Shown: positions 30,309 through 39,497, counted from the stretch's first letter. The stretch is 64,000 nt of DNA from an uncultured marine group I thaumarchaeote (GCA_902566725.1 CACFJZ010000002.1:1432-65431); one strand, 5' to 3'. The notes: a model not told the origin generated them from the letters alone. A program made the numbers and translations.

Positions 30309-30331
30309 TAGTACATTTTTGGAATGGACTA
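30309..30331. promoter_or_regulatory. Putative operator palindrome TAGTACA-N9-TGGACTA in divergent promoter region
   Basis: Lies between the wHTH regulator and the S-layer-like gene; second copy at 24105-24127. Confidence 0.7.
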
Positions 30332-30366
30332 TATTCAATTAATTTAAAATTTTCAGGTATTTTTTT

Positions 30367-30831
30367 ATGAGAAAACAGATTATTTTAGATGTTATAACTA
30401 ATGAGCCAGGGGTTGGTTTTAATGAAATTGCAAGGAATACGAAACTGAGTAATGGAGTAGTATCACATTACATTTTGCAATTGTTGAAAGACGGTGAAAT
30501 AGTAAAATCAGGCGTTAGAGCCAAATATTTTCATTATAAAATTTCAGAAAAAGACATGAAATTACTGATAGCCTTACGAAATAAAACTAACTATGAAATT
30601 GTGAAATTTTTACTCAAAATGGAATTTCCGGTTTCAGCAGAAGGAATTACCAAGGCAGTAAAAAAATCAAGATCAACAGTATCAGTTAATTTGAAAAGAC
30701 TTCAAAAAATGCAAATAGTTGGTAGAAAGATTCTCAATAAGAATATGAAACTCACATCCGATATAGGATATTATGTTGTAAACGAAGAGACTATCAAAAA
30801 GATTTTTTCAAAGTATAGCCTAAATTCCTAA
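30367..30831 (+). CDS. Tandem winged-helix (ArsR/HTH-like) transcriptional regulator
   Basis: EPGVGFNEIARNTKLSNGVVSHYILQL and ITKAVKKSRSTVSVNLKRL HTH segments. Confidence 0.85.
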   Translation: MRKQIILDVITNEPGVGFNEIARNTKLSNGVVSHYILQLLKDGEIVKSGVRAKYFHYKISEKDMKLLIALRNKTNYEIVKFLLKMEFPVSAEGITKAVKKSRSTVSVNLKRLQKMQIVGRKILNKNMKLTSDIGYYVVNEETIKKIFSKYSLNS

Positions 30832-30890
30832 AAATGAACCATGGATAAATTGTTCGTGGTGCTTATATTCAAAATTCACTTACTCCATAC

Positions 30891-30962
30891 ATGAAAACAA
30901 ACCAAAATAATGATTCAACATATGATTACTCTGGACTTTTCATTGATGACGAAGAGTTCTAG
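30891..30962 (+). CDS. Possible 23-aa acidic peptide
   Basis: MKTNQNNDSTYDYSGLFIDDEEF*; TTATATT at 30863-30869 is at leaderless-promoter distance. Confidence 0.35.
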   Translation: MKTNQNNDSTYDYSGLFIDDEEF

Positions 30963-31018
30963 TTCTGAGTCTATCAAGTCAGGATCTAGTTAATATTATC
31001 CAGAAGGTGAAAATATTC

Positions 31019-31237
31019 ATGAAGTTATACTTGGACTTTGATCCTTGTCCAGAATGCAAAGAGATGATGAATGAATTATCATCAGAAGAGATGCTTTTTG
31101 CAGATGACGAAACAAGAGCAAATGTATCGGCAAAGTTCCTAAGACATTTGACTTACAATCATAACGAGGTTGTAAAGGCAGTAATGTCAGAAGTAAAAAG
31201 TCAAAAAAGAAGTCCAGAGTTTGATTTGTACAAATAA
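31019..31237 (+). CDS. Small protein with CxxC...HxxxxH metal-binding motif
   Basis: CPEC and HLTYNH; ATG 31019 (alternative GTG 31007). Confidence 0.75.
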   Translation: MKLYLDFDPCPECKEMMNELSSEEMLFADDETRANVSAKFLRHLTYNHNEVVKAVMSEVKSQKRSPEFDLYK

Positions 31238-32203
31238 TCAAACAGTCACTTTTTGGATAAGTAATTCCTTTAATTCTTCAATATCTTTTGTAGTGCTTAA
31301 TCTATTTCGTAGTTGAGCGCCACCGACAGTTCCTTTTGTAAAACGAATTGCCTGCTGTTTTATGTTTGCAAATCGAATGTTGTATTTTGTTGTTAATTCC
31401 ACATAGTCAACAAATGCTTGCAATCTATCTCCAAGTGAATAGGTTTTGTATTCACCACGTTCTAAATAGTCATTAATTTGTTCAAAGATGAATGGATTTC
31501 CCATTGCACCTCTTCCAATCATTATATGATCACAGCCAGTATAATCTAGAACCTTTTTTGCAATTTCAGGAGAGGTGATATCTCCATTTCCAACAATTGG
31601 TACAGAGGAATTTTCTTTTAATTTTTTAATCATGTCCCAGTCAGCGTGACCTGAATATCCCTGAGAAACTGTTCTTCCGTGAAGTGTAATCATTTGCACT
31701 CCTTCTTGTTCTGCAATTTTTGCAATGCCTAAAAATAGAGATTTATTTTCTTCAGTTACGCCAATTCTCATTTTTAATGAGATTGGCTTTTTAACGGTGT
31801 TAACTAAAGTACGGAATATTTCTCGGGTAAGATCCGCATTTTGTAATAAAGCACCACCTGCCATTTGTTTGGTAATGTGTGGAGCAGGGCACCCCATGTT
31901 ATAATCAATCATATCAAAGTGAGGTTCTACTATCTTTACTGCTTTTTCTAACGCTTCAATATCTGAACCAAACAACTGTACAGATAGAGGGCGTTCTTTT
32001 TCAGAAAATTCAATAAATTCAGTTATGTTTTTGGATTGAGATGCTAACTGTTCATGCTTTGCAACTATTGCATTGACACTTGTTAACTCAGTCACAACAA
32101 GACCTGCACCCATTCTTTTACACATAATCCGTAATGCAGGATCACTAACTCCAGCCATAGGAGCTAAGAAAGCCTTACTTGTGAAATTTGGAAGTTGGGC
32201 CAT
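31238..32203 (-). CDS. dusB: tRNA-dihydrouridine synthase
   Basis: LAPMAGVSD, VQLFGSD, NMGCP, LHGRT, GNGDI, MIGRGAMGNPFIF. Confidence 0.93.
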   Translation of the reverse strand: MAQLPNFTSKAFLAPMAGVSDPALRIMCKRMGAGLVVTELTSVNAIVAKHEQLASQSKNITEFIEFSEKERPLSVQLFGSDIEALEKAVKIVEPHFDMIDYNMGCPAPHITKQMAGGALLQNADLTREIFRTLVNTVKKPISLKMRIGVTEENKSLFLGIAKIAEQEGVQMITLHGRTVSQGYSGHADWDMIKKLKENSSVPIVGNGDITSPEIAKKVLDYTGCDHIMIGRGAMGNPFIFEQINDYLERGEYKTYSLGDRLQAFVDYVELTTKYNIRFANIKQQAIRFTKGTVGGAQLRNRLSTTKDIEELKELLIQKVTV

Positions 32204-32254
32204 ATGAGAAATCTGGCGAATTGTTAATTAAATCTAGATTTCATAAAATATGTA

Positions 32255-32536
32255 ATGCTAGTAGATAAGAAAATTTTAGCCGGCGGAATCGCAATGATTG
32301 CAGTAGGAATAGCATTTTCTGCAATGTTGACGGACATGACTCCAATAGGCAGAGAAGGAATGACTGATGAAGAGATTGCAGAATTTTTACTTGAAGAAAG
32401 AGAAAATGAAGACTTTACAACACTGGCAGGAATTCTAGTAGGAATTGGATTTCTTCTGGTATTGATTAGTTTTGGAGCTCGTAGAAAACGAAAAGGTGGA
32501 GCAAAGAAGACAGAGAAAAAACCTGCAACTAAGTAA
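32255..32536 (+). CDS. Two-TM hypothetical membrane protein
   Basis: Two hydrophobic helices, acidic loop, Lys/Arg-rich tail. Confidence 0.75.
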   Translation: MLVDKKILAGGIAMIAVGIAFSAMLTDMTPIGREGMTDEEIAEFLLEERENEDFTTLAGILVGIGFLLVLISFGARRKRKGGAKKTEKKPATK

Positions 32537-33629
32537 AGGTTTGAAGAGTTTTAAAGAATGTATTTCGTTGTATTGGCTTTCTGCCAATCTCTTTTGCTAG
32601 AGTTGCCAATTCCAATAGTGAAGAATTAGTGGGTTTTCCTGCAGCACGATATATCTCTTCAGAAAATGCAGTTCCTACCAAATCATTTCCACCATGAGAT
32701 AAAGCAACCTGTGCAAGCTTTGTTCCATAAGCAACCCAATAAACAGAAATGTTGTTCAGAGTATTTGCAAGCATTAGCCTTGATAATGCAATTATTTTCA
32801 AATCATAAATTGACGAGCATTCATGTGTTACCTGATGTTCTTTTTCAAGTTCAGTGTTATCTAAGCTGAATTTTAATGGAATTAAAGTGATAAATCCATT
32901 AGTCTTTTTTTGTAGTTCACGAATTTTTATGAGATGATCTACAATGTGTTCAGGTTTTTCAATGTGGCCATACAACATTGTAACATTGCTTTTAATTCCA
33001 AGGTTATGAGCTGTTTCAATTGTATCAAGCCATTCTTGTCCGGTACATTTTCCTCGTATAATTTTTTGACGTATATCAGGATGGAATAGTTCCGCACCAC
33101 CGCCAGGCATTGAGTTCAAACCTGCATCTTTTAATCTAGATAAGATTTCAGATACAGAATTTTTTGTTAATTTTGAAAGATAAAATATTTCAGCTGCAGT
33201 AAATGCCTTGATTGTCATATCAGGATGTTTACTTTTGATGGCAGACATCATTTGTTCATAGTAATCTAATTGCAAGTCAGGATGAAATCCACCTACTATA
33301 TGCACTTCAGTAGCACCAAGATCTTTTGCAGCTGCTACTCGCTTTTCAATTTGGTCAGGAGATAAGGTATATGCATCATCTTCATCGCCTTTACGATAAA
33401 ATGCACACATCTGACAGCTTGCAGCACAGAGATTTGTGTAATTCATGTAATATGATGCAGCAAAGGATACAGTATCACCAACTAGTTTTTTTCTTACAAT
33501 GTCAGCAGCAGCACCTATAACATGGAGATTATCATCGTTTAGAATTTCCATTCCATCATCAAAAGATAGTTCTTCACCATTAATGGCACGTTCAATTGCA
33601 GTGGAATTTCCAACTAATTCTTCTAACAC
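32529..33629 (-). CDS. mqnE: CofH/MqnE-family radical SAM enzyme (probably aminofutalosine synthase)
   Basis: NYTNLCAASCQMCAF (CxxxCxxC), HIVGG, MPGGGAE, TMLYGHIE; mqnD in the same window. Confidence 0.8.
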   Translation of the reverse strand: MLEELVGNSTAIERAINGEELSFDDGMEILNDDNLHVIGAAADIVRKKLVGDTVSFAASYYMNYTNLCAASCQMCAFYRKGDEDDAYTLSPDQIEKRVAAAKDLGATEVHIVGGFHPDLQLDYYEQMMSAIKSKHPDMTIKAFTAAEIFYLSKLTKNSVSEILSRLKDAGLNSMPGGGAELFHPDIRQKIIRGKCTGQEWLDTIETAHNLGIKSNVTMLYGHIEKPEHIVDHLIKIRELQKKTNGFITLIPLKFSLDNTELEKEHQVTHECSSIYDLKIIALSRLMLANTLNNISVYWVAYGTKLAQVALSHGGNDLVGTAFSEEIYRAAGKPTNSSLLELATLAKEIGRKPIQRNTFFKTLQTFT

Positions 33630-33680
33630 AACTCACATGAGTATGAAGAAAATATAAAACAATGCAACCAAAGATTCTGT

Positions 33681-33854
33681 ATGGTATTACCATTAGTAGA
33701 TGAGGACAAGCCAAAGTGTTTTTTGTGTCACGTTACATTTGATGACTACGAGGATTTACGTAAGCATCAGGAAACAAAACATAAGGATTTTTTTGAATAT
33801 CATGAAAAACAAGCAGAAAAGGGGCCTTCTCCTGGAGACGTATCTATTTTTTAG
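33681..33854 (+). CDS. 57-aa C2H2 zinc-finger protein (not in ORF track)
   Basis: MVLPLVDEDKPKCFLCHVTFDDYEDLRKHQETKHKDFF...; canonical CxxC-x3-F-x5-L-x2-H-x4-H; TATAAA at ~33654. Confidence 0.8.
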   Translation: MVLPLVDEDKPKCFLCHVTFDDYEDLRKHQETKHKDFFEYHEKQAEKGPSPGDVSIF

Positions 33855-34320
33855 ATTTTAGCAGTTCAAGAGCCTTTTGTTTACCCATATTTGCCAAATC
33901 ATAATCCTTGTCTATGACTAGAGCCTTTTTGAAAAAAGATAATGCCTCATCGACTTTTCCCATTTCACCTAGTGACATTCCCTTACAAGCAAGTGCCATT
34001 GCAAAACGAGGTTTGAGTTTCAGTGCAGCATCATAGAATTCAATGGCTTGAGTAAATTTTGATTTGGCATGAAGTAAAGTTCCCTTACCAACTAATGCAT
34101 CAATATTTTTTGGATCCTCTTTCAATACTAGAGTGTAAATTTGAAAGGATTGTGAGTTTTTTCCAAGTCGTTGTAAAGTTGCAGATTTGTCTAAAAGTAC
34201 AGATATGTTTTTTGGATGTGATTCTAAAATTTTATCATAAAGTAAAATTGCTTCTTCAAATTCTTGATCTTCAGCAAGATCAGTAGCTCGTTCAAGTATT
34301 TTTTGAAATTTTTTATCCAC
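33844..34320 (-). CDS. Tetratricopeptide repeat protein
   Basis: Four TPR-like repeats (A..YDKIL...P, ALVGKG, ALACKG). Confidence 0.88.
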   Translation of the reverse strand: MDKKFQKILERATDLAEDQEFEEAILLYDKILESHPKNISVLLDKSATLQRLGKNSQSFQIYTLVLKEDPKNIDALVGKGTLLHAKSKFTQAIEFYDAALKLKPRFAMALACKGMSLGEMGKVDEALSFFKKALVIDKDYDLANMGKQKALELLKSKK

Positions 34321-35068
34321 TAGTCTTGGATGAATTTGCTAGATAATATTGATTATCATTTTTTTTGATTTTTCTATATACGCCAAGTCCAATTAATGCA
34401 AATATTCCAGATATCACACCAACTAGAATATACAATTGTGAGAAATCTTCAGAGAAATATCTTGATTCAAGCCATGCTGCAGGTAAAACAGTAGTGAAAT
34501 CACTTCCTGAGAAATCCTCAATGTAACCAATTGCTAATGCAAGTTTTCCACTTGAGCCATTTTTGTCAAATACCACCACATAGTATGTTCCAGGAGCTTC
34601 AAGTTGTAGATCAATTTCCTGTCGTTCCCAATATGTCACCTGGCCAAATGGTTCATAAAATTCTGAAGAAGGGATTTGACCTACATAATCAAAGACATAT
34701 GCAGTATAACCTTCAGGTAATGGATAAGCAAAATCCCTACTCGAGTCTATTACTCGAAGTTCATCAACAAGTTCAAGAAATGTTTCAGGACCTATCAAAG
34801 CAAGTGATGGAGTAAAATCCTCTAATGGTTCAAGTTTTGGAATAACAATACTACTGAATAATCTATCTCCTTTTTCAGCTTCAAATTTGTAATACAAGGG
34901 TTGGGCTTCTAGTTTTTCATACATTGCCCATGAGATTACAGGGTCAGGAATTTCCAATGCAGATTCATAATCAATGTTAGAACCATCTGTAGGAATTAGT
35001 TTGTGTGCAAAAGCATCAGATGGGATAAACAATGCAAGTACAATTAGAGGAATTAAGAACTTGTACAT
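34313..35068 (-). CDS. Exported protein with C-terminal TM anchor
   Basis: Signal peptide ending AFA|H; FYEPFGQ motif; C-terminal hydrophobic helix plus basic residues. Confidence 0.8.
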   Translation of the reverse strand: MYKFLIPLIVLALFIPSDAFAHKLIPTDGSNIDYESALEIPDPVISWAMYEKLEAQPLYYKFEAEKGDRLFSSIVIPKLEPLEDFTPSLALIGPETFLELVDELRVIDSSRDFAYPLPEGYTAYVFDYVGQIPSSEFYEPFGQVTYWERQEIDLQLEAPGTYYVVVFDKNGSSGKLALAIGYIEDFSGSDFTTVLPAAWLESRYFSEDFSQLYILVGVISGIFALIGLGVYRKIKKNDNQYYLANSSKTSG

Positions 35069-35203
35069 GAGTTATACTTGAAATTTGAGCATTTAACGTA
35101 GAATATTTTTTCAGCCATAGTGCCAATTATCAGGCATGAAAAACTAGTGCTAACTGTTAATTTTTTTGCGTTTGTTAAATAGTCTGAATTTCGCATTTTT
35201 GTT

Positions 35204-35536
35204 ATGGAGTTAAAAATACCATTCAAACTAAGAGTGAAATTTCTTAACCTCAATGATGATCATTTTGAGGGAAAAGCAACATTTCATGAAAATGAATACA
35301 AAGTGAACATTCACGCAGAAGTCGATAAAAAGAAAATTAAGGTTCCCTTTCCTGTAATGGGAGTCACTGATGAGGAAATACTAGTTAGAATTTCAGGACC
35401 TTCAGGAGTGTATGTTCAAGATTATATTCCATTAAGTGGAAAATCAGAATGGATAGAAATAGAATCTGATGCAATATTTTATGAAGTTGCTAATAATCAA
35501 GGTAAATTTGATACAATAGAAATTTTTGTAAAATAG
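35204..35536 (+). CDS. Hypothetical beta-rich protein
   Basis: 110-aa ORF, typical composition, fills the gap. Confidence 0.7.
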   Translation: MELKIPFKLRVKFLNLNDDHFEGKATFHENEYKVNIHAEVDKKKIKVPFPVMGVTDEEILVRISGPSGVYVQDYIPLSGKSEWIEIESDAIFYEVANNQGKFDTIEIFVK

Positions 35537-36292
35537 TTAACTCCAGCAACATAGATTATTTTCAGATGACTCTGCAAAGAAAAAGCCAATGCTAATTCTG
35601 TGTTTTTTACCACGAACAGACTCTATTTTATGATAGAAACTTGGATTTAGTAACACAAGATTTCCAACAGTAGGAGATATCTTAGTGTAATCAATTCCAT
35701 CAACAACATTACAAGAGTAACCAAAATCAGGCTGACGTAGAGATTCATCAGTTTTAGACCATTGTTTATTGTATATTTTCAATTCACCTCCACTTTGAGG
35801 AGGTTGTAAATAGAGGATTGCAGACAATTGATTTCTATACTTGCTTACAGTATATTCAGGCATTTCAAAATTACAATTATCCCGGTGAATATGTACAGAA
35901 TCACCATTTTTATGAATACGAATGATACAATCAGAATACTTCATGCCATTTTCAGTAGCAGTAGATATTTTCTTCTGAAATAATTGTTCTAAAATTTGAT
36001 GAATTTTATCTATTGGAGATAAGGTGTTTGAGAACAGTTTTTGAATAAATTGGTTTGTGTTATGGGCATTTGAGAAATAACTTGCTTTGTCATAGATGTG
36101 TGAACTAAGGGAGGTTCCAATTTTTGCTGTTAAACCAGGGCCAGAAGAGATAGAATTTCTTTTGGTGATTTTTTCACATAATAATGCACATGCAGATTTT
36201 GACAAGACATTAGATATTTCAATTGCAGAGATATTTCCAGAAATGAGATCATTGATTTGAGAATTTTTGTGCTGAGAAAGTAAAATCGACAT
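35537..36292 (-). CDS. 2-oxoglutarate/Fe(II)-dependent oxygenase
   Basis: HxD (HRD), LSAILYLQ...GGEL, distal His (FYHKI), RxS (RIS); start ATG 36292. Confidence 0.85.
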   Translation of the reverse strand: MSILLSQHKNSQINDLISGNISAIEISNVLSKSACALLCEKITKRNSISSGPGLTAKIGTSLSSHIYDKASYFSNAHNTNQFIQKLFSNTLSPIDKIHQILEQLFQKKISTATENGMKYSDCIIRIHKNGDSVHIHRDNCNFEMPEYTVSKYRNQLSAILYLQPPQSGGELKIYNKQWSKTDESLRQPDFGYSCNVVDGIDYTKISPTVGNLVLLNPSFYHKIESVRGKKHRISIGFFFAESSENNLCCWS

Positions 36293-36579
36293 TAATAGCC
36301 GCCTGCACCAGAATGAGATACTGAACATACTAGCCTATTTTCAGAATTTCTTCCTGAAATTTCACATTTGATGAATTTGTCTTTGAGGTTTTGTTCAATT
36401 TCACCAATATTACGTGAATTTTCATCTACAGGAATGCTTGGAATGTCAATTTCAGTGAAATGAATTTCTTCTACATCCTGGTAACTGTCGTTGTTTGTGT
36501 CTTTTTGATGGGATATGTTCATTTCAAATGAATTGATTGAGATGATTTTTGTTACTGTTCCCCAAATTATATCAGTCAT
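36292..36579 (-). CDS. Small protein, possibly a degenerate staphylococcal-nuclease OB fold
   Basis: GTVTKII...F, IDIP, CEI..R...RLVCSV pattern resembles SNase without the DGDT/PE catalytic residues. Confidence 0.55.
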   Translation of the reverse strand: MTDIIWGTVTKIISINSFEMNISHQKDTNNDSYQDVEEIHFTEIDIPSIPVDENSRNIGEIEQNLKDKFIKCEISGRNSENRLVCSVSHSGAGGY

Positions 36580-36607
36580 TTTAAGTCATAATAAAAAGAG
36601 AGAGATG

Positions 36608-37582
36608 TTATGGTGCAACTACAAGATTCAATGGAAGATCTAATTTGCCAAATGGTTCGGCAATTCTCAAATAGTAATCTTTTCCTGAATCGTATTCAAA
36701 GTTTTCATAACTACCATAACCTATTGCAGGTCCCCATAAGATATTTGCAAATTTAGCTTGACCTGGTTTTAGTACAATATTACCAGATGTGAAATCAGAG
36801 CCAGAATTGACCCATTTTTTACCTCCATCCCATACAGTGTAGTTACATATGGAAGGACTGGTACACATCAAAGTCTCATTTCCAGTACCAGTGTTTTGAA
36901 CTAGTATTTGCAAGTTTAAGAGAGGTTGTCCGGTTGCAGTGTATGCAATGTTATTGTATTGTTTTACACCTTTGCGAGTTTCTTCTTGCCAATCTGCAAC
37001 ATAATAAATTGCTACATTACCAAGTTGATATTTCTCACCATTATTCATGTATGTTGTTAGTTTGTATTCATCTTTGATTGCTTTTTCACAATCACGGATT
37101 TCTCTTCCATTTTTTTCACCATCATCACATGCAGCTAGCATTGAATCAAGATCTGCATTACCAGAAGATTGTGATTTAGTTTCTTCTTTAGGAGCGGCCT
37201 GGTATTGTGATTTGGATGCACCGTCATCACTTACAGCACCTGCACTAACTTTCATGATTCCCATTTTAATTAGATATTGTAATCCATTTACAAAATCATT
37301 TTCAGTTAGTGTTCCATCTGCCCACCAGCCTGCGTTATTTTTTACCCAGCTAGGAATGGTATCAGAGGTACCAGAGCTTCGTGTAGTTGATGGAACATTG
37401 ATGATTCCTTGTTCAATCATATATTGAACTCCAGATACAAATGCTGCATCGTCAATCTGGTCTTGTGCCCACCAGCCTGCATTATTTTTTACCCAATCTG
37501 GAACATTTGCAGCATCTACGCTTGTAGCCATAGTCATGGTCAAAAGCAAAACACTTGCAAATCCCGCGAGTAATACCTTCAT
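36608..37582 (-). CDS. Exported protein with two thaumarchaeal PxWVKNNAGWWA repeats and C-terminal beta-sandwich
   Basis: Signal peptide; VPDWVKNNAGWWA and IPSWVKNNAGWWA; start ATG 37582. Confidence 0.85.
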   Translation of the reverse strand: MKVLLAGFASVLLLTMTMATSVDAANVPDWVKNNAGWWAQDQIDDAAFVSGVQYMIEQGIINVPSTTRSSGTSDTIPSWVKNNAGWWADGTLTENDFVNGLQYLIKMGIMKVSAGAVSDDGASKSQYQAAPKEETKSQSSGNADLDSMLAACDDGEKNGREIRDCEKAIKDEYKLTTYMNNGEKYQLGNVAIYYVADWQEETRKGVKQYNNIAYTATGQPLLNLQILVQNTGTGNETLMCTSPSICNYTVWDGGKKWVNSGSDFTSGNIVLKPGQAKFANILWGPAIGYGSYENFEYDSGKDYYLRIAEPFGKLDLPLNLVVAP

Positions 37583-37690
37583 TGAATTTTTGTTGCGATT
37601 ATGATATTTAAACAAGTGCTAATTTAGTTTCTAGTGACTAACTTTAGGCATTTAGTTGAACTTTAATTCAATAAATTTTGCACTTATAGT

Positions 37691-38128
37691 ATGCCAAAAT
37701 TTTCTTTTGTAAAAGAAGTTGATATTGATAGAGACAAGTTCTTTGCCATCAGTACAGATTATGAAAGATTTACAGAAGTTTTACCAGATTATTTCAAAGA
37801 ATTGAAAATAATTGAGAGTGAGGGTAACGTTACAAAGATCTTTGAAACATTGAGCTTCTTAGGAAAGACAGTAGATGTTACTACAGAACACATAGTAGAA
37901 AAACCTGACAGACACATAGTAAAGATGCTTGATGGGCAAGCAAAAGGAACCGTATTTGATGAAAGGTATGAAAAAGTAGGAGAAAAGACTAGAGTTACAA
38001 TCGAAGTTGATTTCGTTTTATCAGGAGGATTGAAGATTTTAGGAATGTTTGCAAAAAGTAAGATTCAGTCAAGCATGGAAAAGGTGTTAGATGAATTTGC
38101 CAATTACGCTAAAAATCATTCAAAATGA
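37691..38128 (+). CDS. SRPBCC/START (polyketide cyclase-like) lipid-binding protein
   Basis: 145 aa; TDYERFTEVLP and C-terminal helix pattern of the helix-grip fold. Confidence 0.8.
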   Translation: MPKFSFVKEVDIDRDKFFAISTDYERFTEVLPDYFKELKIIESEGNVTKIFETLSFLGKTVDVTTEHIVEKPDRHIVKMLDGQAKGTVFDERYEKVGEKTRVTIEVDFVLSGGLKILGMFAKSKIQSSMEKVLDEFANYAKNHSK

Positions 38129-39496
38129 GCTAAGATGTTTTTTGATTAAGGGATGAGCCAGTACTGCACTATGTGCTGCAGAATCAGTTCCAATTCCATA
38201 ACTAACAGTAGAGTCACCTACAAAAAATAAACCGTCAACATGTGGTACAGAATGAGGCATTTTGTGCTTCCAAACTAATCCTGGTTCTTTTACAACTGCC
38301 TCAACAAGCTTCCAGGCCATAGGACGATCCCATAATAATGCTTCATCAAAATCAGGGTAAATTTCAGATAACTCTTGTTTCATTTTTGAAACAATGTCTT
38401 TGATTCTTTGAGGATCTTCTGTTTCCTCAGGTTTCACAGGAGTACCGACAATAATCAGATGCTCGCCTTCAGGAGAAACAGAGGGAGTAATGTTTGAGAT
38501 GAAAAATATTCCTTTTGATACATAGTTATCACCAACAGGGAAAACAACTTGACGATCATCGAGTGCTTTTGATAAAGCAAAGTGAACCTCCACCACAGAA
38601 GTAGTTTTGTTTAGTCTGTTTGTTTTTTTGATAAAATCATCATCAAAAACTCCCGGTTCAAATAACTGATTTATCGCATGGTATGCAGGATATGAGATGA
38701 TTACACAGTCAGTTTCTACGGTTTTTCCATCAGACAATTCAATTCCAGTGACTTTCTTATTTTGAACAATCACCTTTTTGATGGAATGTCCAAGATTTAC
38801 CTTCGAGTCTTGTTCTTCTACATAGTTGGCCATAACTTCACTAATTCTATCATAACCACCCATGTCAGGATATGCAAACTCACTTGTTCCTCCTTTGAAT
38901 GGATTTGCACGAATGATGGTTCTAGCAAACTCCCCTAATGATATATGCTCAGGAGAGTCAGCAAAAGCAAGCATGCATACAGCATCAAAAAATTGCTTTG
39001 AGTGGAAATCAAGTTTGGATGTAACCTGGGTTAGAGGAACCGAGTCCAATTCTTCTGCTTTTTCCATGCTGGTAAATGCCATAGGAAGTAGGATTTTGAG
39101 AAGAGAAATTCGACTCTTGAAAGGAATTAATGACATTTTGAGAATATCACCAATTCCTTTTGGATAAGTATGGAATCCATTATCATAAAAGGCAATTTTA
39201 TCGACAATTGCAAGTTTGAGCCTATTTTCTATTTTAACGTCTTTGAGAATTTCATATATGGCAGATTTTTTGTAAAATGGCATGATGTGAAATCCGTTAT
39301 CTAAAATGTGATTTCTAAACTTCATGGAGGCAGTTCTACCACCTACATGTTCAGATTTTTCATAAATAGAAACAGGGAATCCGTCGTTGACAAGAAGTGT
39401 TGCAGTAGACAAACCGCCGACTCCGGCGCCAATTATGACGACCGGGTTCTTCAGCGATTTTTTTGAAATCTCTTTAGTGTAATCTTTGGAATTCAT
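38120..39496 (-). CDS. FAD-dependent oxidoreductase, phytoene desaturase/amine oxidase family
   Basis: IIGAGVGGL, EKSEHVGGR, LDNGFH, GLFFVGDS. Confidence 0.85.
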   Translation of the reverse strand: MNSKDYTKEISKKSLKNPVVIIGAGVGGLSTATLLVNDGFPVSIYEKSEHVGGRTASMKFRNHILDNGFHIMPFYKKSAIYEILKDVKIENRLKLAIVDKIAFYDNGFHTYPKGIGDILKMSLIPFKSRISLLKILLPMAFTSMEKAEELDSVPLTQVTSKLDFHSKQFFDAVCMLAFADSPEHISLGEFARTIIRANPFKGGTSEFAYPDMGGYDRISEVMANYVEEQDSKVNLGHSIKKVIVQNKKVTGIELSDGKTVETDCVIISYPAYHAINQLFEPGVFDDDFIKKTNRLNKTTSVVEVHFALSKALDDRQVVFPVGDNYVSKGIFFISNITPSVSPEGEHLIIVGTPVKPEETEDPQRIKDIVSKMKQELSEIYPDFDEALLWDRPMAWKLVEAVVKEPGLVWKHKMPHSVPHVDGLFFVGDSTVSYGIGTDSAAHSAVLAHPLIKKHLSSF

Positions 39497-39497
39497 T

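Noticed and set aside
20145-31018. Envelope locus as an integrated mobile element
   Set aside because: No integrase, transposase, tRNA target or flanking direct repeats were seen
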